DNA from: an uncultured virus (IMG/VR IMGVR_UViG_3300025085_000013)
Lineage: Duplodnaviria; Heunggongvirae; Uroviricota; Caudoviricetes
Length of the DNA: 20,000 bases
Virus record (IMG/VR): IMGVR_UViG_3300025085_000013
Location: 51,718 to 71,717 of that record
Reading direction: 5' to 3' (one strand)
The stretch's first letter is position 1, and each line of letters starts with the position of its first letter. Under the pieces are notes generated by a model. It did not search any database, was not told where the DNA came from, and saw only the letters and a program-made list of their open reading frames with translations. Position numbers and translations under genes: made by a program. Shown one piece after another: positions 16,539 to 20,000 of this stretch.

Positions 16539-17490
16539 ATTTTAACCAATCTACATTATCTCCTGCTGTTATATGACCATTTGCCCAATACTCCCATTTA
16601 AGGTTTAGATACTCTTCCTCTGATTTTGCTATATTAGATTCTTTATCATTTTGTAATTTCCACCAATTAGGATTCTTTTTACTTTTTCTATAATCAGGTA
16701 AAAGAAAATGAATATTAGGATCATAATCAGGTTCTCCTCTCCACCAATCAGGTGCAAATTCTCTAGGACCTTTATCTGTCATTCTACTATGAAAGAATGG
16801 CCCTTCTCCATAACAATCAGAATTTAACCACCTAAATCCATTAATCTTAATAAGACAATCAAGAATAGACTGGTCATGTCTATGTTCTATAAAACAAGAA
16901 TCCTGTTCTTCAAATAACTCATCTGTGATATATTTGTAATTATCTTCTAGACACAGATTAAGCCATTCTTGTATAAAGGAAATACCTTCTTTAGTTTTCT
17001 TAATTGCAATAAATCCACTCTCTACTTGTAAACAATTGCATAAATCTGAATTACCTAGCATATCCAATCTTCTTAATAAAGATTTTTTTGTAAATTGATT
17101 AACCTTATATGAAGTTGTACCGCTCGCCCAAACTGGCTGAGTATCTAGTAACCCAATGTAATCATTAAACCTTTCTTTTTTATGTGAGAGTATTCTAGAA
17201 CCTGCATCTATATAAAAAAGATAATCACCATCATTCATTTGCATTAATTGCCTTAGTATGATATAAGGCTTCCATATCCAATAACCAAAACCTCTTACTT
17301 TAGAAAATGAATCGGTATGTAAATTCATAAAATGCTGAATAGTATCTGGAGATTCTATAATAACCCCATCAAACCACCCAGTGGAAGTGGCTTCATCAAA
17401 TAGAGTTTTTGACCTATTCTTAAATAAGCCATTTCCAAAAGTAATAAAATACTTTTTAGGATCTTTATTTATGTATTGACCGATATCCAT
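16537..17490 (-). CDS. Putative glycosyltransferase (GT-A-like)
   Basis: GYWIWKPYII, YIDAG and EHRHDQSIL motifs. Start revised to the ATG at 17490 because the promoter and terminator lie in the longer 5' extension. Confidence 0.65.
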   Translation of the reverse strand: MDIGQYINKDPKKYFITFGNGLFKNRSKTLFDEATSTGWFDGVIIESPDTIQHFMNLHTDSFSKVRGFGYWIWKPYIILRQLMQMNDGDYLFYIDAGSRILSHKKERFNDYIGLLDTQPVWASGTTSYKVNQFTKKSLLRRLDMLGNSDLCNCLQVESGFIAIKKTKEGISFIQEWLNLCLEDNYKYITDELFEEQDSCFIEHRHDQSILDCLIKINGFRWLNSDCYGEGPFFHSRMTDKGPREFAPDWWRGEPDYDPNIHFLLPDYRKSKKNPNWWKLQNDKESNIAKSEEEYLNLKWEYWANGHITAGDNVDWLK

Positions 17491-17500
17491 TATATTATTT

Positions 17501-17527
17501 ATTATATGGAAAAAAGAGATAAGGTTT
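17501..17527 (-). promoter_or_regulatory. Putative promoter AAAC-N17-TATAAT
   Basis: GTTT at 17524-17527 and ATTATA at 17501-17506 with a 17-nt spacer. Confidence 0.65.
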
Positions 17528-17533
17528 AAGCAC

Positions 17534-17565
17534 AAAAAAACCCAGGGTCCTAGAATCCTGGGTTT
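17534..17565 (-). terminator. Intrinsic terminator
   Basis: AAACCCAGG...CCTGGGTTT stem followed by a U-tract on the minus strand, downstream of the beta-barrel gene. Confidence 0.85.
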
Positions 17566-17585
17566 CTTTATATATGTAAATTAGA

Positions 17586-18014
17586 TTAGAATCTTAATCC
17601 AAGTCCTAATGTTAAATTTGTTGTTTTATTCCCAGTGTGGTAAACCACTTTAGGGTCAACGAAAATAGCATCTTTATGGAATGTGAACATTTTACCTAAA
17701 CCTAATTCTAGGTTATCAGTTTCAAATTCACTCATAGCAGCATATAGGAAAAAATCCTGGCCACCTGCGTTCATAAAATACCTTGCATGTACGTCTAATG
17801 CAAGATCTTCAGTTGAGTCAGCTTGAGCAATACCTAAACCTACCATAAGTTTATCGGATACTCCGTAACCTAAAGTTGGTGTCATTGACCATTCTGTCCA
17901 TGCAACATTTGCAACGTCACCAGTACCTACGTACCAATCACCTTTTGCATTTTGCGCGTTTGCTCCAAAACCTACTAGGATTGTTAGAGCGAAAGTTAAA
18001 ATTAAATTTTTCAT
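17586..18014 (-). CDS. Small outer-membrane beta-barrel protein (Bacteroidota-like)
   Basis: Signal peptide ending ANA|Q, amphipathic beta-strands, and C-terminal beta-signal LGLGLRF. Confidence 0.8.
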   Translation of the reverse strand: MKNLILTFALTILVGFGANAQNAKGDWYVGTGDVANVAWTEWSMTPTLGYGVSDKLMVGLGIAQADSTEDLALDVHARYFMNAGGQDFFLYAAMSEFETDNLELGLGKMFTFHKDAIFVDPKVVYHTGNKTTNLTLGLGLRF

Positions 18015-18173
18015 TTTTAAAATTTGTTTTTGTTATTAATTGTTTTCACTTATTATAAAACACTTGAATATTTTGAGAAATGAATCTAGTACTTAAATTT
18101 CCATAAATTTTCAAATGAGTAGCCGTAAACAGACACGTTTACAGTTTTCTTTAGTTTCTTTAAATTATATTTA

Positions 18174-18200
18174 ATTATATAGCATATAATAAATTTGTTT
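18174..18200 (-). promoter_or_regulatory. Putative promoter AAAC-N17-TATAAT
   Basis: GTTT at 18197-18200 and ATTATA at 18174-18179 with a 17-nt spacer. Confidence 0.65.
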
Positions 18201-18245
18201 CAGAACTGTTATAGTATTTATTCAATATGAATCTATTTTTATAAT

Positions 18246-18274
18246 AAAAAAAGGCCAGTTTAAACTAGCCTTTT
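18246..18274 (-). terminator. Intrinsic terminator
   Basis: AAAAGGCTAGTTTAAACTGGCCTTTTTTT on the minus strand, after the hexapeptide gene. Confidence 0.8.
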
Positions 18275-18294
18275 AGATACTATTTTATAAATTT

Positions 18295-18741
18295 TTACTC
18301 TTCTATTGATACAACAGATCCTGATGGAATGGTAGTATTATTAGGAATAGTAACTCCTTCGTTTACGGTTACATTATCTCCTATAGTTACACCATCACCA
18401 ATATTACAATTTAAATCTATAATTGAACCAGCTCCAATATAAACCTGGTCACCTATTACAGTACCTGGTCTTATTAAAGAACAACACCCAACAGTTAATC
18501 CTTTACCAAAAGTAACACCTGTTAAATTATTACACCCTTTAAATAATGTTGAAAATTCTGAAAACCTTAATAATGTAGTTTGTACAACTAATCGTTCTTC
18601 TCCACTCTTAACTGCAATAACCCATTGATTGGTAGCCAATGCTTTATCATAAGTATCTTTATCATATACTTTATATTCATCCGATGGTAGTAATGAAGTT
18701 ATTTTATCTGACCAATTACCAGAAACATAAATATTTATCAT
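18295..18741 (-). CDS. Hexapeptide-repeat (left-handed beta-helix) protein, PglD/NeuD acetyltransferase-like
   Basis: Repeats VIGDQV-YIGAGS-IIDLNC-NIGDGV-TIGDNV after a short alpha/beta N-terminal domain. Confidence 0.75.
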   Translation of the reverse strand: MINIYVSGNWSDKITSLLPSDEYKVYDKDTYDKALATNQWVIAVKSGEERLVVQTTLLRFSEFSTLFKGCNNLTGVTFGKGLTVGCCSLIRPGTVIGDQVYIGAGSIIDLNCNIGDGVTIGDNVTVNEGVTIPNNTTIPSGSVVSIEE

Positions 18742-18771
18742 AATCTTTTAATTAATTTATTGTATATATTT

Positions 18772-19239
18772 TTAAGAAGAGTAATTTATCTTTACATCGC
18801 CTAATGTAGTATCAGTAACCCAATAAGGTGGTGGTGCGGTAACACTATGTAGATAAATTTTCGTTGGCTTATTTTGAATCTCTCCATAAAATTCTTCTAA
18901 CTCTTCTTCAGTCATAGATTCAATCATATCATTTAATACCATATCTAATGCATGTGATTCATCAAACTCTTCTTCTGGTGAATGGCGATCTACGTAAGGG
19001 TCGTGTTTAGGTTTTTTGCCTGGTATAACTGCATAAAGTTTAGAGCCTATTAATTCAGCTACTAAAACATCATCTACATAAATTTCTTTTACTGTGTTGT
19101 ATGGAAGATTGCCTGGGGTTAATTCTTCATATAAGTCTGATTGAGATGAGATGATTTTTGCCACATATGCTTCAGTGTACTTAACATCATACTCAGAAAC
19201 TTTACCATTTAGTGTAATTGTTTTTACTTTGTGTACCAT
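18772..19239 (-). CDS. Acidic hypothetical protein (155 aa)
   Basis: ORF track. Confidence 0.7.
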   Translation of the reverse strand: MVHKVKTITLNGKVSEYDVKYTEAYVAKIISSQSDLYEELTPGNLPYNTVKEIYVDDVLVAELIGSKLYAVIPGKKPKHDPYVDRHSPEEEFDESHALDMVLNDMIESMTEEELEEFYGEIQNKPTKIYLHSVTAPPPYWVTDTTLGDVKINYSS

Positions 19240-19260
19240 TGATATTGATTTATAAAAAAA

Positions 19261-19685
19261 GGAAGACGATGCGAAAGGATTTGAGAATACCTTTATTAAC
19301 GAAAGCTGCTTTATATTAGACTACCACTCTTTGGACTGCCATCCTATTACTTAATTAAACCGGCCGAGGTTCAATCATCGTAATTGATCATCATAATCTT
19401 TAAGTGTACCTTACGCCACATACTCTTTGCGTTGTTCAGTCATTAACCAGGATTCAGCGGTTTGCTTACCTGGAAGTCTTTGCAAAATCTCTTAGATTTT
19501 TAATGCGTTAAACCTTTAGCTCTGGTGATTAGCCAGTTCTGAATTTCTCATTTAAGATATCAGTGAACCATCGTCCTAGCCAAGTGCCTTATTCCCTTTT
19601 GCTCAGGAATTTTTCAGCAACGCATCTACACATAATTGGAATAATCATTTAGGAGCTACCTAAAGCTTTCCGTTCTGTGCCTTCC
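19261..19685 (-). ncRNA. Candidate large structured non-coding RNA (~425 nt), family unknown
   Basis: No ORF of 60 aa or more. Terminal helix GGAAGGC/GUCUUCC followed by U7, nested long-range helices and at least six hairpins. G-U pairs favour the minus strand; promoter motif directly upstream. Confidence 0.7.
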
Positions 19686-19724
19686 CATAATTTTAAAGAA
19701 CTTATTAATCCGTTTGGATTTATT

Positions 19725-19751
19725 ATTATATACTTAATTTAAAAATAGTTT
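19725..19751 (-). promoter_or_regulatory. Putative promoter AAAC-N17-TATAAT driving the candidate ncRNA
   Basis: GTTT at 19748-19751 and ATTATA at 19725-19730 with a 17-nt spacer. Confidence 0.65.
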
Positions 19752-19753
19752 CA

Positions 19754-19999
19754 CTATTCAGAAGTATTAATTATACCGCCTATGATTTTAGTATCTGCTA
19801 AATGATCAAATTTACCATAAGTATTAATTCTATATCCTGTTTCTATTGGTTCAAATGATTGAATACATAATCCATTAAACTCATCACTGAAGAAGTTACC
19901 TAAGTCTGTATGTTCATTTAAACAAGGCCCTCCGCTTGGATCTACCATACTAATCCATGGATTTGACTTTACGAGATTCTGATATTGTTTTGCAATAAC
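19754..19999 (-). CDS. Hypothetical protein, C-terminal part (starts beyond the window)
   Basis: Frame is open from the window edge (VIAKQYQNLVKSNPWISMVDPSGGP...) to the TAG at 19754. Confidence 0.7.
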   Translation of the reverse strand, partial: VIAKQYQNLVKSNPWISMVDPSGGPCLNEHTDLGNFFSDEFNGLCIQSFEPIETGYRINTYGKFDHLADTKIIGGIINTSE

Positions 20000-20000
20000 A

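Noticed and set aside
8641..18058. Other overlapping ORFs (8641, 8983, 13317, 14182, 15632, 15821, 15855, 16156, 17876)
   Set aside because: They overlap better-supported genes on the opposite strand or in another frame and have no recognisable motifs.
19676..19683. 8-nt complementarity between the ncRNA 5' region (AAGGCACA) and the tRNA-Gln 5' end (UGUGCCUU)
   Set aside because: An 8-mer match between sequences of these lengths is plausible by chance; only worth revisiting if conserved in homologs.
19261..19685. Identification of the candidate RNA as tmRNA or RNase P RNA
   Set aside because: No tRNA-Ala-like ends or T-loop/CCA. The GGAAAG and ACAGAAC words are adjacent at the 5' end rather than in the RNase P CR-I/CR-V arrangement.

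Overview
AT-rich, gene-dense window that is almost all on the minus strand. It looks like part of a large (jumbo-type) tailed phage genome. Several features point to a Bacteroidota/Flavobacteria host: a Bacteroidota-type ribosomal protein bS21 with Tyr54, a protein with a T9SS-like C-terminal sorting domain, a small outer-membrane beta-barrel, and A-rich leaders mostly lacking Shine-Dalgarno sequences. Recognisable genes are a 1645-aa collagen-like fibre, dCMP deaminase, two HAD phosphatases, ATP-dependent DNA ligase, a DnaJ/CbpA-like co-chaperone next to a UVR-motif protein, a GH73 glucosaminidase, a PspC-domain protein, bS21, tRNA-Gln(UUG), a putative glycosyltransferase and a hexapeptide-repeat protein. 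The main unexplained signals are: (1) a ~425-nt ORF-free, heavily base-paired minus-strand region (19261-19685) with a putative promoter upstream and a U-tract downstream, a candidate large ncRNA; (2) a phage-encoded T9SS cargo-like protein within a cluster of host-envelope genes; (3) two recurring promoter-like motifs, AAAC-N17-TATAAW and AATAWATA; (4) a plus-strand islet of possible capsid-internal proteins. All calls come from reading motifs by eye; no searches or folding programs were run.
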